Shown in pieces: positions 41,393 to 54,378 of a DNA stretch of 64,000 nt (its first letter is position 1; the number at the start of each line of letters is the position of its first letter). The stretch covers positions 19,716,001 to 19,780,000 of the forward strand of contig OX597836.1 of assembly GCA_951406725.2 (NCBI GenBank), read 5' to 3'. The position numbers and the translations under genes are program-made. The stretch is from Octopus vulgaris (lineage: Eukaryota). The notes under the pieces are model-generated. The model had not been told where the DNA came from and ran no database searches. It worked only from the letters and a program-made list of their open reading frames with translations.

Positions 41393-41697
41393 TGGAGGCA
41401 CATGGCCTAGTGGTTAGAGCAGCAAACTCGCGGTCGAAGGTTCACAGGTTCGAATCTCAGACCGGGCGATGTGAGTGTTTATGAGCGAAACACCTAAGCT
41501 CCCATGCGGCTCCGGCAGAAGGTAATGGCGAAACTTCTGCTGACTCTTTCACCACAACTTTCCCTCACTCTTTCCTCCTGCATCTTGCAGCTCACCTGCG
41601 ACGGACTGGCGTCCAGTCCAGGTGGGGAACCTATACACCAAGAAACCGAGAAACCGGCCCTTATGAGCCAGGCATGGCTCGAGAAGGAACAAAGAAA
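41393..41697 (+). mobile_element. SINE C-like head with tail type 3
   Basis: Matches 17983-18280. Confidence 0.85.
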
Positions 41698-41757
41698 CAG
41701 AAACAGATTCATTCTCTCCGCTTCTTCGCAGCAGCGCTTGCTGAGCACACTCTACTG

Positions 41758-41977
41758 CAGTGCTTTTCAACCTTTTTGCTGGAACGGAACCCCAAGGAAA
41801 CATTCCACTGGCTCGGGGAACCCCTGTGCAATAATTTAATAGTCTTATGCACACATATCTGCACAGGAGAATTAAAAATTACTACCAAATCTTAGCATTT
41901 TTGTAACTTCTTGCAGAACCCCTGGTCGGTACTGGCGGAACCCTAAGGTTCCGTGGAACCCTGGTTGAAAACCACTG
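41758..41977. mobile_element. hAT (Charlie-like) MITE
   Basis: TIR cagtgcttttcaacc / ggttgaaaaccactg; 8-bp TSD ctctactg at 41750 and 41978. Confidence 0.9.
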
Positions 41978-42296
41978 CTCTACTGGCTGGGCCTGTCTGC
42001 ATGTTGTACCTCCAGAGGCAATGTGCCTGCACTAATGGGGTTACAACACAATGCACACAGCTCGAGATGGTTGCTGAGAGCAATGCACTTCACCTGTTCT
42101 GTGAAACTTGTAAATAAACCGGTTTTATTTTTATTGTTGCATTTGTACCTACAGACTTCTCTCTTCACCTGCCGGAGCCTGAACTACACGAAGAACAAGA
42201 TATAATGGGAGAAGGCGATATTCTCCCGATATCGTAAACCTTGCCTTCCATTATAGACTGAACCTGGAATCATATGATTAGAAAGCAAGCTTCCTA

Positions 42297-42681
42297 GGAT
42301 CTTTTTGGTTTGAACGGCAGTTTTTTCTAGCGGTGTCATATGAAATTGTCACCCATAATTATGACCCTAGTATCGATCTATTGCATTTCAATCTGTTTTA
42401 GGGTTAGGGGTGGGGGGAAGGGTATCTTTTTTTTCTTCACAAACGTAAATAAGCCCAATTTGTTTCTTAAACGAGGGACATATTCATACGGCACAGAAAG
42501 TTTTTTACCTCAATGGACGTCAGTGTTTGGTTGAAATTGCAGAAATTGAAGAATAAAAACAACAAATATCTTACAAACTATAGAATTTATCGATAAAAGA
42601 TGTTTTATAAACACATTCTACCAGTATATGAAGTTTAAAAGTGTTTATTTTTAAAATCTGCCGGTCAAACCGAAAAGATCC
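42297..42681. mobile_element. GGATC-TIR hAT-like MITE
   Basis: Both TIRs present. Confidence 0.85.
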
Positions 42682-43065
42682 GATTATTTAGAGAACGGAT
42701 CATTAAGACTTTAGAACAGGCTTGGACAACCGTTTTTGAGAAATGGGCAGCTTGAGATATAAGTCATCATCAGGCAGGCCTCACTACTAAAAACTTTCAA
42801 GGTAATTTTTTAAGTATGCCATTCAGGAAACCTCGCGAACAGCAGTTTGCCAATGACTGTCTTAGAAGTTTAATAAATTATATCGCAGGTAGGCAGGTGG
42901 GGTTATTGCTTTTTTTTTTAATTTTGCATTTTTCCCTGCTCTGGCACTTTCTTTCGTCCCTGACGAAAACTTACCTTGAAAAATGAAATCTATGTACACT
43001 TCCGCCCCAAAGATCTTTACTTTCATGGAAGCCATCACCACCACCACCACCACCATCATCACTAT

Positions 43066-43298
43066 CTATTTCTTTACTACCCACAAGGGGCTAAACACAG
43101 AGAGGACAAACAAGGACAGACAAACGGATTAAGTCGATTACATCGACCCCAGTGCGTAACTGGTACTTAATTTATTGACCCCGAAAGGATGAAAGGCAAA
43201 GTCGATCTCGGTGGAATTTGAACTCAGAACGTAGCGGCAGACGAAATACGGCTACGCATTTCGCCCGGCGTGCTAACGTTTCTGCCAGCTCGCCGCCT
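43066..43298 (-). mobile_element. SINE family A
   Basis: Near-consensus copy. Confidence 0.9.
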
Positions 43299-43756
43299 TA
43301 GCCTCTGCTATCATACCACCACCACAACTGCAACAACCACTAACAATAGCTACAAAAGTTATAACTTCAGCAATCACCGCAAACCGTCACCACCACCACC
43401 ACCGCCATTTCAGTCACACCACTATATTGCAACCACTACCACCACCATCACTGCAGGCATTACCACCGCCACCACCACCAACAACAACAGTCATAACCAA
43501 TACCACCGTAACTATACCACTATGTCGCCACCACTACCATCACTAATAACAACAAAAACCGTAACCACCGCACCTACAAGCGCCGCTAACACCCACGACA
43601 TACCATTCTCTAACACCAACGCAACAGCACCACCACCACCACCACCACCACCAATAACAACAACAATCCTATCAAACAAAAAGCGCTTGAGGTTCTAACT
43701 CGGTCACTGGACTCGTCAGAAATAGTAAATGGCTTTCTCTCAAAGCACTGCCGGCT

Positions 43757-44230
43757 ATTTTAAAAGTATTCGGGATGGTCACGTCTAGAATACTTTTAAT
43801 GGAACGTCTGCTCTACATGGAACTAAATGACCCCACTTCAAAAAGACCCAGAGTGCAAGAAATAGTTGCCAAATTTCCCTCAAATCACATTTTAGTTTTT
43901 TAAAAGTATTTGGGATGGTCACGTCTAGAATACTTTTAATGGAACGTCTGCTCTACATGGAACTAAATGACCCCACTTCAAAAAGACCCAGAGTATGAGA
44001 AATAGTTGCCAAATTTCTCTCAAATCACATTTTAGGGATCTTTTCGGTTTGTTACAAACTGCCGTTCAAACCGAAAAGATCCCATTTTAGTTTTTTAAAA
44101 GTATACGGGATGGTCACGAACTGGAACATCTTTGATCAAAAGTCTCATCAGTCTGGAGCGAAAGACGTCTTCCTTTAAAAAAAAGACCCAATGCGATAGC
44201 TAGAAATAGGAGCCAAAATACCCCCATCAG
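43757..44230. repeat. ~140-bp tandem repeat (2 near-identical units plus a diverged one)
   Basis: ttttaaaagtattcgggatggtcacg... at ~43758, ~43898 and ~44093. Confidence 0.85.
44036..44082. mobile_element. 47-bp TIR-only mini-MITE with 8-bp TSD
   Basis: ggatcttttcggttt...aaaccgaaaagatcc; TSD cattttag; empty site in the neighbouring repeat unit at 43888-43895. Confidence 0.9.
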
Positions 44231-44995
44231 ATTACACCCAAGAACATCAAATAATCCAAGTTCTACGTATGTGGGAGAAAATGGATTGGATAGGTCACTG
44301 ATGAAACGTCTTAGTTTAGGTTTGTAGACTGAATCAGAACGGACCTCAAGCTAAAAACTACAACACCGACGACAGCAACAGGAACAACCATATATAAAAA
44401 AAATCGTTACTGTCACACACACACCCACCCGCCGTCACCTCCACCCGCCGCCACCACCAGTTATTCAGCTACCACCACTATCACCATCACCACCACCACC
44501 ACCACCACCACCTCTACTATTTTTATAACCACCGACGCCGCCTTTAATATCCCCCTTACTAATTCAGCAAACAACGCCGTCTCCGCCGCCGACCCCACCA
44601 GTATCACAGCTGCAGCTCCTCCCCCTACCACTACCACCACCGTCACCGCCACCACCATCACCACCACCATCACCATTTACCCTCGCACCTCCACCAAATG
44701 TCTATATGACGTAGCAAGAAAATGGGTCACAGACACGCACACACACATGCTGATAGATACACACACACGTACAGACAGACAGACAGACAATGGCTGGCAC
44801 ATACACAGCGCACTGGTCTCTCTCTGCAAACAAAGAGGAAAACGTGGGTGGAACATGTTGCTTGCTTCGACAGCCGCTCCCTTTTTTTAAGCAAAACTAT
44901 CACCGCACACAAAGGCATCCGTTTCCATAGCAACATATCTTTGCAGACAAGTGTATGTGCTTGCATATTGTTTTATAAGTTATGCATGCATACAT

Positions 44996-45032
<37 letters not shown>

Positions 45033-45450
45033 GGTATATTTTATAGTCAAAACTATTGAAAAGGTTGCAAGACAACGAAAACTTTAGGAAAATAAAAATA
45101 AGGAATAAGTGGAATTACCGGTGAATGTGTGAAATTATAAGACACAGAAAGAAAATGACTCTCCCCAGACACAACAGAATATGCTTCAATACACGAACTC
45201 ATATAAAGAATCTTGCAAACCAAATCCCAAAACGAAATATATATATACATATGCAGCACGAAGTTTTGTCAGTGAACAGGTCGTGGTCTCAAAGCGACGA
45301 AAATATTTTGACAAATTAAATTTAAATGTTGAAGTGAATTTATCGCGTTTTGTGTTTCTTAAATGGCTTATAAACACCTTCCACGCTGCAATTGTTTTCG
45401 TTCCAGCACACGATCTCAGATCAAGTCACTTGCTATGCAAGTACATCTCC

Positions 45451-45506
<56 letters not shown>

Positions 45507-45588
45507 GGTCCCGGGTTGATTCGGGGTTAACCACAGTAAATAAGGTACTCAATACATAGCAGAGTAAAATTAATTTATTATATAGAAG

Positions 45589-45641
45589 GAGCTTCTACAG
45601 GACTAGAACTGTTTCATTCAAGAGAAATCTTCAGGAAGCTC
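45589..45641 (-). ncRNA. Type I hammerhead ribozyme motif (mirror copy)
   Basis: Exact reverse complement of 45642-45694. Confidence 0.75.
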
Positions 45642-45694
45642 GAGCTTCCTGAAGATTTCTCTTGAATGAAACAGTTCTAGTCCTGTAGAAGCTC
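45642..45694 (+). ncRNA. Type I hammerhead ribozyme motif
   Basis: GAGCUUC-CUGAAGA-UUUCUCUUGAAU-GAAA-CAGUUCUAGUCCUG-UA-GAAGCUC; perfect 7-bp stem I; stem III ACAG/CUGU. Confidence 0.8.
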
Positions 45695-45695
45695 C

Positions 45696-45733
<38 letters not shown>

Positions 45734-45735
<2 letters not shown>

Positions 45736-45912
45736 CGTAAAGTGTACTAGCCATCTGAACGTGGCTAGCCACTGGGGGTGGGGTGTTACTGATGCTTTTA
45801 GCCCCAGGAGATCAACGTCACCAGCTGGCCTCCTGATCTCCTGGGGCTAAAAGCATCAGTAACACCCCACCCAGTGGCTAGCCACGTTCAGATGGCTAGT
45901 ACACTTTACGTT
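45734..45912. repeat. Near-perfect inverted repeat, ~80-bp arms, 19-nt loop
   Basis: aacgtaaagtgtactagcc...ggagatca / tgatctcc...ggctagtacactttacgtt. Confidence 0.95.
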
Positions 45913-45956
45913 GTCGAGCGGTTACTGTTTATATCTCGTTCAGAGATTTATTAATG

Positions 45957-46004
<48 letters not shown>

Positions 46005-46044
46005 TACACATATATCATTCAGAGTATATTTTACAAAAAATCTT

Positions 46045-46432
46045 TTTATTTGTTTCAGTCATTGGACGGTGACCATCCTGGGGCACTACCTTGAAGGGTT
46101 TAATCAAACATATCGACCCCAGTACTTTTTTTTTAAAGCCTGGTACCTATTTCATCGTTCTCTTTCTACCAAACCACTAGTTATGGTGGGACACAAACAA
46201 ACCAGCACTGGTCGTCATGAGATGGTGGGTGACAAAAACAAACACAAAGATATATACATATATATATATTTGACAAGCTTCTTTCAGTTTCCATCTACCA
46301 AATCCACTTGCAAGACATTAGTCAACCCCAGGCTTTAGTAGAGGACAATTGTCCTAAGTGCCAAGCAGTGAGACTGAACTCAGAACCATGTGGTTAGGTA
46401 GCAAACTTCTTAGCACTCAACCACACCTGCAC
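46045..46432 (-). mobile_element. Decayed SINE B
   Basis: Family similarity. Confidence 0.7.
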
Positions 46433-46512
46433 CTAACATATGTGTGTATGTTTATGTATGCATGTGTATATGCATGCATGAATATATAACTGTGTGACGC
46501 AGGGTAGGAAGC

Positions 46513-46912
46513 GGATCTTTTCGGTTTGAACGGCAGTTTTTTAAAATAATTTCCACGTAACTAAACACTTTTAAACTTTATATACTGGTAGAATGTGTTT
46601 ATAAAACATCTTTTTCTCTTGGCTTTATTGAGAAAATTCTATAGTTTGTAAGATATTTGTTGTTTTTTTTCTTCAATTTCAACCAATCAATGACGTCTAT
46701 TGAGGTGAAAACATTATGTGCCGTATGGATATGTCCTTCGTTTAAGAAACAGATTGGGTTTATTTACATTTCTGAAGAAAAAAAGATACCCTTCCTCCCA
46801 CCCCTAATCCTAAAACATTGAAATGCAATAGATCGATACTAGGGTCATAATTATGGGTGACAATTTCATATGACACCGCTAGAAAAAACTGCCGTTCAAA
46901 CCGAAAAGATCC
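46513..46912. mobile_element. GGATC-TIR hAT-like MITE
   Basis: Perfect TIRs ggatcttttcggtttgaacggcagttttt. Confidence 0.9.
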
Positions 46913-47188
46913 TATAATCATCTTAATAACATGATAAAGACACGCTCAGTTGATCTTATTAAACCAATAACCGATAAAGATAATTTAGTTTAAACCTACT
47001 TAATTAATGGAGCGTTGAAAACGATGGCTTAAAATATAAATATGAAAGAACAAAAATACTGAATAATAAACAAAATATTTGGATATATTAACTGAAGGTG
47101 CACAGAGTAACGCTGAATGAAATTTGTGTATGACCAATAAAATTTGACGCGTTCGTGTACACTCAAATATGGGAAGAGGAACAGGATA

Positions 47189-47587
47189 TCTCTCTATATA
47201 GAAAACTAAAGTTGTCTGTGTGTGTGTGGCAGGTTTGGTAGCCTTCAACTAACACTATCTCCTCCGAGACCCTGCGGTGCAAGTTGACCAAAATTGAGAG
47301 TATGATAGAAGAAGGCTTGCTCTTCCTTCCGTAGAAGAAAAAATTCAAATCGGACCATGTTAACACCAAAAATTATTTACATCAAAAAGGTGCTTTTTTT
47401 TCTATGAAAATCCCCATTTTTTTACAATTTTATTTACTGCTGTGTCGCCATTTTTCGGTGTATTTCAACCAGAAAAATGTTCACTTAAAGAGAATAACAA
47501 GCTACATAATGCAAATTTTTTACTTTTCAAAACTTCCAATTCTAAAGGGTCGAAACAAACCCGAGCAACGCCGGGCGATACTGCTAG
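47189..47587 (+). mobile_element. Non-autonomous Helitron
   Basis: A|TC...hairpin cccgagcaacgccggg...CTAG|T. Confidence 0.85.
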
Positions 47588-48189
47588 TAGTATATAAAGC
47601 TTGGTGAAACTGGATTTAATTAACTGGTGACGTACGAAGCAATGTTGAATAATATGTATGTACCATCATATTTAAAACGTTCATGCATACTCATTCACCG
47701 AGGAAACAGACTAGCGAGAAAATTTTCCTCGTGACACGTGTTAAAATGCACACTTGAACTATAACTGACGTCATCAGATCATAGGACACGCCCTTACGCT
47801 TCGTCTTCGAATACCGGATCAGTCTTTCACAGTCCTGTATAGACAGTTGTTGTTATATATAAGAACAGAAAACAGGACATTCCCTGATGTGCGCAAACTT
47901 TGATCAAGCTAGAATTAATTAACTGTAGGCACACAAAACAGAGTTGAATGAAATACGTGTCTGTACCATCATATCTAACACGTTTGTGTACACTTGGACG
48001 TGGGAAGACCATTCATTACGGAAATGGTTACGGAAGAAAATTCCCCTCAGACATTATGTATGAAAATATGTCATGAGACTGTAAGACTCATGTTTCTGCG
48101 TCGTTACGCTTTATCAGTAATGAATATTGAATCAATCGTTCGGATCCCTGTAAGAACAATTGGTCTTATGTATAAGAACAGTAAATTGT

Positions 48190-48775
48190 ACATTCGAAAG
48201 GCCGATCACAGCTGTGGAAGTTATAGAGGTGCTTTCCAAGACAAGTCGCTGGGACTGGATGGTCTACCGTACGAATTTTATAAAAGTATGCCAGACTTGT
48301 TCGGGTACATACTGGCTGGTGTTTACGCAAACTGGCAGCAGAATGGAAGAATTCCCAAATCTGTGAGCTGGGTAGAGGTAACACTGATCAGGAAGGACCT
48401 AAGCAAGGAGGGGGGGGGTATCATTAATTTCAGGCCCATAACTCTGCTAAACACAGAGTTTAAGATTTTGGCCAAGGTTTTAGCTAAGAGAGTGAGGCTT
48501 GTCGTAGGAGCTGGTGGGAGAAGCGCAGACATGCGCCATCACAGGAAGGACGATATACGACAATCTTCATTTCATTTGCTACATCGTAGAGCGGGTTAGT
48601 AAATTTCCTGGCAAGGGTGGGGCACTGGTGAATTGAGACCAGCCTAAGGCATTCGAAAGGGTTGACCATCGGTATCTGGCGGCGGTCCTTCGGGCGGTCG
48701 GACTGGGCCCGACTTTCCGTGGCTGAATCAATGCTATGTTTTGCGACATCGAGTCTGTTGTCCGGGTGAACGCAT
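48190..48775 (+). mobile_element. L1/Tx1-clade LINE reverse transcriptase fragment (frameshifted)
   Basis: KSLGLDGLPYEFYK...NFRPITLLNTEFKILAKVLAKR; next frame DQPKAFERVDHRYL...GLGPTF. Confidence 0.9.
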
Positions 48776-49276
48776 ACATCCATGTCTATACACACATACA
48801 CTTTGTTCTCATGACAGCCTGTATATTATTCTGTATACATGACGCACACTCAGACACACATGCTAACATATCAATAAGTCTTCTCTTAAACATTCTACTC
48901 GGTTGTGTCTCTATTTTCCCCTCTGGTATATATATGTATTATTCTTTTTATAGTTATTGTAAGGGCTGTGTGATGTACCTGAGTCTCATTCTCGTCACCT
49001 CGCACCGCACGGTTCTTACACACCTTTTGTTATCGCTGCTCATCTGCTTCAGCTCTACTCAGAGTATGCACAGACATTTGGTAGCAGAGAATTTCAGGAA
49101 GCATGGAAGTTTTTAAAGTTGTAGTAGAAAATCACTAACAAAAGAAAAGACTACATTTGGTAGCGACCGTAGTTTGAACGCATACTCACAGAATTTTATT
49201 TTCGTGGTGCTGCTCGTACAACATTTAACTCAGACGACACGCTAGGTTCTGAAAATGACATATCAGCTGATTTTCA

Positions 49277-49668
49277 TCTCTCTATATATAAAGCTGAAGT
49301 TGTCTGTGTGTGGCAGGTTTGGTAGCCTTCAACTAATACTATCTCCTCCGAGACCCTGCGGCGCAAGTTGACCAAAATTGAGAGTATGATAGAAGAAGGC
49401 TTGCTCTTCCTTCCGTAGAAAAAAAATTCAAATTGGACCATGTTAACACCAAAAATTATGTACATCAAAAAGGTGCTTTTTTTTCTATGAAAATCCCTAT
49501 TTTTTACGATTTTTTGACTGCTGTGTCGCCATTTTTCGGTGTATTTCAACCAGAAAAATGTTCACTTAAAGAGAATAACATGCTACATAATGCAAAATTT
49601 TTACTTTTAAAAAATTCCAATTCTAAAGGGTCGAAACAAACCCGAGCAACACCGGGCGATACTGCTAG
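49277..49668 (+). mobile_element. Non-autonomous Helitron
   Basis: Near-identical to 47189-47587. Confidence 0.85.
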
Positions 49669-50089
49669 TTACTTTGAACGTGAAGTCAAATTTTATTCTG
49701 TGATGATCAAATGTAGCCTTTTATGATCGATTTGCTATACATGCATAAAAGTGCAATAGAAAATTAAAGAAAAATGGAAGAAATGCAATTTCAAATAGAA
49801 AAGCAAACATAAGGTAAAAGAAAAGGATTTTAAAAAGAGAGGAATGAAGGATAAGAGAAACTGAAAGTATAAAAGATAAAAAGAGTAAGAAAGACAGAAA
49901 GCTAAGATAAAGAATGGAAGGAAAATAGAGGCTAGTGAAAGAGTGATACAGATAGAAAGGAAGGGGTAATGAGAGTGATAAAGGAAAGAGAACGTACGGG
50001 AGAAAGAGAGGGAGTGAAGCATAAAGTAAAAAGATTGGAGAGCAGAAAATTGGCGATAGTAGTGGTAGTAGTTGTTGTTGGTGGTTGCT

Positions 50090-50766
50090 GTTGCTGTTGA
50101 GCGAACGGTCTTCGTCCCAGAGCTCGCAAGATGGGAGAAGTCCGAAACGTGGTCCTTTGCTATTCGTAAGGCCCGCAGAAGAGAAAGCAGGTCAACCCCC
50201 GACACCGAGAGCATCGACGGATGGATGAATGCGCATCCAGGCTCAGCGGTTGCGTAGGAAGTCGGGGACAAGAAACAGGAAGAAAGAGTGAGAGAAAGTT
50301 GGGGCGAAAGAGTACAACAAGGGGTCGCCCCCCCCCCCTGCCGGAGCCTCGTGGAGCTTTAGGTGTTTTCGCTCAATAAACACACACAACGCCCGGTCTG
50401 GGAATCGAAACCACGATCCTCCGACCGCTAGTCCACTGCCCTAACCACTGGGCCATTGCGCCTCCACTTGTTGTTGTTGAAAGCAGGTCAACCCCCCCGA
50501 CACCGAGAGCATCGACGGATGGATGAATGCGCATCCAGGCTCAGCGGTTGCGAAGGAAGACGGGGACAAGAAACAGGAAGAGAGAGTGAGAGAAAGTTGG
50601 GGCGAAAGAGTACAACAGGGGGTCGCCACCACTCCCTCCCGGAGCCTCGTGGAGCTTTAGGTGTTTTCGCTCAATAAACACGCACAACGCCCGGTCTGGG
50701 AATCGAAACCACGATACTCCGACCGCTAGTCCGCTGCCCTAACCACTGGGCCATTGCGCCTCCACT
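50090..50766 (-). mobile_element. Two adjacent SINE C copies (tail type 1, long and short)
   Basis: Heads end at ~50465 and ~50765; (CAA)n tails. Confidence 0.9.
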
Positions 50767-50969
50767 TGTTGTTGTTGGTGGTGTTGTCGCGCAGTACGAT
50801 TGAACCAGGAACCACGCGCTTGTGGAGCTTCTTTCCCCCCACAAAACTGCGCCTACACTATTCAAAGAAAAATATGCAAAGGATGATACAATAAATATAT
50901 ATAAGGGGAACTATCTTAGATATTCAACAGCAGTGTTCTAAGAACAGTATGTAATATACATGTTATTAA

Positions 50970-51228
50970 AATAAATAAATGCGCCCTTTTTTAAAGCCTA
51001 GCCAGGCTCATGGGCCCGGTTTCCCGGTTTCTATGGTGTATGTGTTCCCCAACTAGACGGGACACCAGTCCATCGCAGCGTTACTCATTTTTGCCAGCTG
51101 AGTGGACTGGAGCAACGTGAAATGGAGTGTTTTGCTCAAGAACACAACGCGTCACCCGGTCCAGGAATCGAAGCCACAATCTTACGATCATGATGCTGAC
51201 ACCCTAACCACTAAGCCACGCGCCTCCA
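50970..51228 (-). mobile_element. SINE with E-type core and type-3-like tail
   Basis: Head ggaggcgcgtggcttagtggttagggtg; tail gaaaccgggcccatgagcc...(ATTT)n. Confidence 0.8.
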
Positions 51229-51269
51229 CAATGTACATGTTAGGTACAGTAAAAAAGGTAAATGCTGAA

Positions 51270-51560
51270 GACCCCCATCGGTCACGAATGACCATGGGAT
51301 TGCACCTAGAAAGCTCCCCTCCGAAACACAAGTCCGGGTAAGGTTATTTATGGAAGACCAATAGTCGCCCATACATATTAGTCTCCCATCCCCACGCCAC
51401 CGATATTATCCAAGGGAAAGGCAAAGGGGCCGATACAGCTTGGCACCTGTGACGTCGCAGCTCATTTCTACAGCTGAGTGAACTAGAGCAACGTGAAATA
51501 AAGTGTCTTGCTCAAGAGCACAACACAGCTCCGTCCTAGAATCGAACTCACGACTTCACG
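51270..51560 (-). mobile_element. SINE family E
   Basis: Matches 3410-3743. Confidence 0.8.
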
Positions 51561-52646
51561 ATTGGAATACTTCTTTCCTCCGTTATCCGTCTCTGGCCAG
51601 TCGTGGTCATGTAGGCCACAGGTAGCCACCAAGGTCATCTCAACATCTTGTCTTTGGTAGGCCTCTTGACCTTGTCCATTGTCTTGGTGTCCATTCCGTC
51701 TCTTTCGCACGATTGCCCTTCATCACAACAAACATGAACAATTAACGTTGCCCATTGTCTCTCTTGATACAAGGACAATCAGTAAGTTTCCCGCCACAAC
51801 AAAGAAATACCTTGTACAACAACGCGCAGTCTAATAAAGTATCTCGTATCGTTAACACGTTTTTTCAGTCTCTCTCACTTTCTTAATCTTTCATACTAAG
51901 TACTCACTACTTCCTTTAATACTCAATACATTATATATATATAACAACAACATTCAGTTGCACGATGTGACAGTATATATATATATGTTCGCCATCTATA
52001 CCTGTTCTCCTTGATGGTTCTAATAAGTTTTGCTCTTATACAATTTTGGTAGGTCATTGTCGTAATTTTCTGTTTCTTTCACGATTTACCATCACCTTTT
52101 TTGACAATTTACTTTCACTTTTTAGAACAATTTACTTTCACTTTTTAGGACAATTTTCTTTCTCTTTTTTTTTTTTACAACCGTAAACTGAATGTTAGCC
52201 CACCAGCTGTAGATGCTGTTATGGAGAAAAGGTAACGCCTATGACATATTTTAGGGCTTCTGGCATTTTTAGGGTAAAAAGGAGGAAGTTATTCTCTCAC
52301 CCAGGATACGATCTGGCTCAAAGGTTTGCAAAAGAATGGATTCTGCTTAAAGGCAACAGTTGGAGCTATTAAATTGGACTGACAAGTTAACTCTACAAAG
52401 TGACACCCTAGTGTAGTCTACTCGGTGGTTTTTGTCTCTTAACAGAAAGCCCAAGATGTTAGAGAGAAAGTTCACAAATCAAATATAAATATTTTGCTTG
52501 AAACTTTGAAATACAAAACGGTAAAAGTTAAATCTATTTTACAGATTTTGAAGACGATAAAATAAAATAAAATGAAATCCAATGAGGGGAGTAAATATCC
52601 GGTAGTTGGTGTGCACTGACGAACGAAGCCACACACACACACACAC

Positions 52647-52677
<31 letters not shown>

Positions 52678-52683
52678 TGCATA

Positions 52684-52733
<50 letters not shown>

Positions 52734-52867
52734 AAAAATTATATATAAAATTTACAAAAGGGGACAAGAACGCAAACCACACAAAGAGACGACACAAAAA
52801 AACAGACAGGTCATTCGAAGCCTCTAATCTTCAGTCATGAACCGGATCATCTTAGCAATTTCGGCTG

Positions 52868-52898
<31 letters not shown>

Positions 52899-53233
52899 CT
52901 AGCAGTATCACCCGGCGTTGCTCGAGTTTGTTTCGACCCTTTAGAATTGGAATTTTTGAAAAGTAAAAATTTTGCACTATGTAGCTTGTTATTCTCTTCA
53001 AGTGAACATTTTTCTGGTTGAAATACACCGAAAAATGGCGACACAGCACCTTTTTGATGTAAATAATTTGGGGTCCGATTTGAATTTTTTCTTCTACAGA
53101 ATGAAGAGCAAGCCTTCTTCTATCATACTCTCAATTTTGGTCAACTTGTGCCGCAGGGTCTCGGAGGGGATAGTGTTAGTTGAAGGCTACCAAACCTGCC
53201 ACACACAGACAACTTCAGCTTTATATATATAGA
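52899..53233 (-). mobile_element. Non-autonomous Helitron (internal deletion)
   Basis: Same ends as 47189-47587. Confidence 0.85.
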
Positions 53234-53827
53234 CAAGAGGAGAGACCACTCAGTGGATCCCTTATATCCTGAAATCCCTAATATGCTAAAAATAATATTA
53301 ATTTCTACTCTTATTATCTTTTATCATGCTTTGCTACCTTTTATACTATCAGGTTTGGTGAAATTATTCTTAAAATTATTAATTGCTTTTTTAACTACTT
53401 TTTTGATTTCTTTATGTTCGATTGAATTAACAGCCAACTCACATGCTCGTATGCACGCACGCACACACACACATGTTGCTAGGTTATAGTGCTAGTATAT
53501 ATATATATAAATTACTGTTATAGACCGCTATTTATACAAAAGCACTAATTCGAATGACCGCAAATTAAGATAAGGTTAAAAGTTCATAGTAAAACGTGTA
53601 AGCGCGCCTGTTCATACGTACGCATGTGCGCTCGCACACCCACTTGCGTACGCATACATCACTATGAAAACGTACACATCTTCACTCGCATCTTTCGCCT
53701 AATGTATATGCATATATATACAAACCCATACACACACACACGCGCACCGTAAAAGTTCATATATATATATATACACTTATACATATAAATATATATACAT
53801 CTACATATAAACTTATATACATATACA

Positions 53828-53900
<73 letters not shown>

Positions 53901-54344
53901 CATATACACATATATACATATATATGTATATATATATATATATGTATATATACACACACATATATATACATATATATAGGCGCAAGAGTGGCTATGTGGT
54001 ATTATGTATGTATGTTTGTATGTGTGTCTGTGCGTGTATGTATGTATGAGTGTGTGTGCGTGTATGTATGTATATGTATATACATACATATATATATGTA
54101 TGTATGTATTATGTATGTATGTATTATGTATGTATATACACGTATTTGCATGTGCGTGTACATTTCCTTGATAATCTATTTAAATGAAAAGTTATGATGG
54201 ACATTAATTGAACAGAATGTTGACCAAGGTAGTCAATGGGTGTGTGTGTGTGTGTGCGTCTGTGTGTGTGCATGTGTGCGCGTGCATGAATATATATATA
54301 CACACACGTTTATATATGTATGTATGCATGTATGTGTGAGCATA

Positions 54345-54378
<34 letters not shown>

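Noticed and set aside
41700-42240. Possible solo LTR around the hAT MITE
   Set aside because: Only an AATAAA and base composition support it; no TG...CA ends or TSD identified
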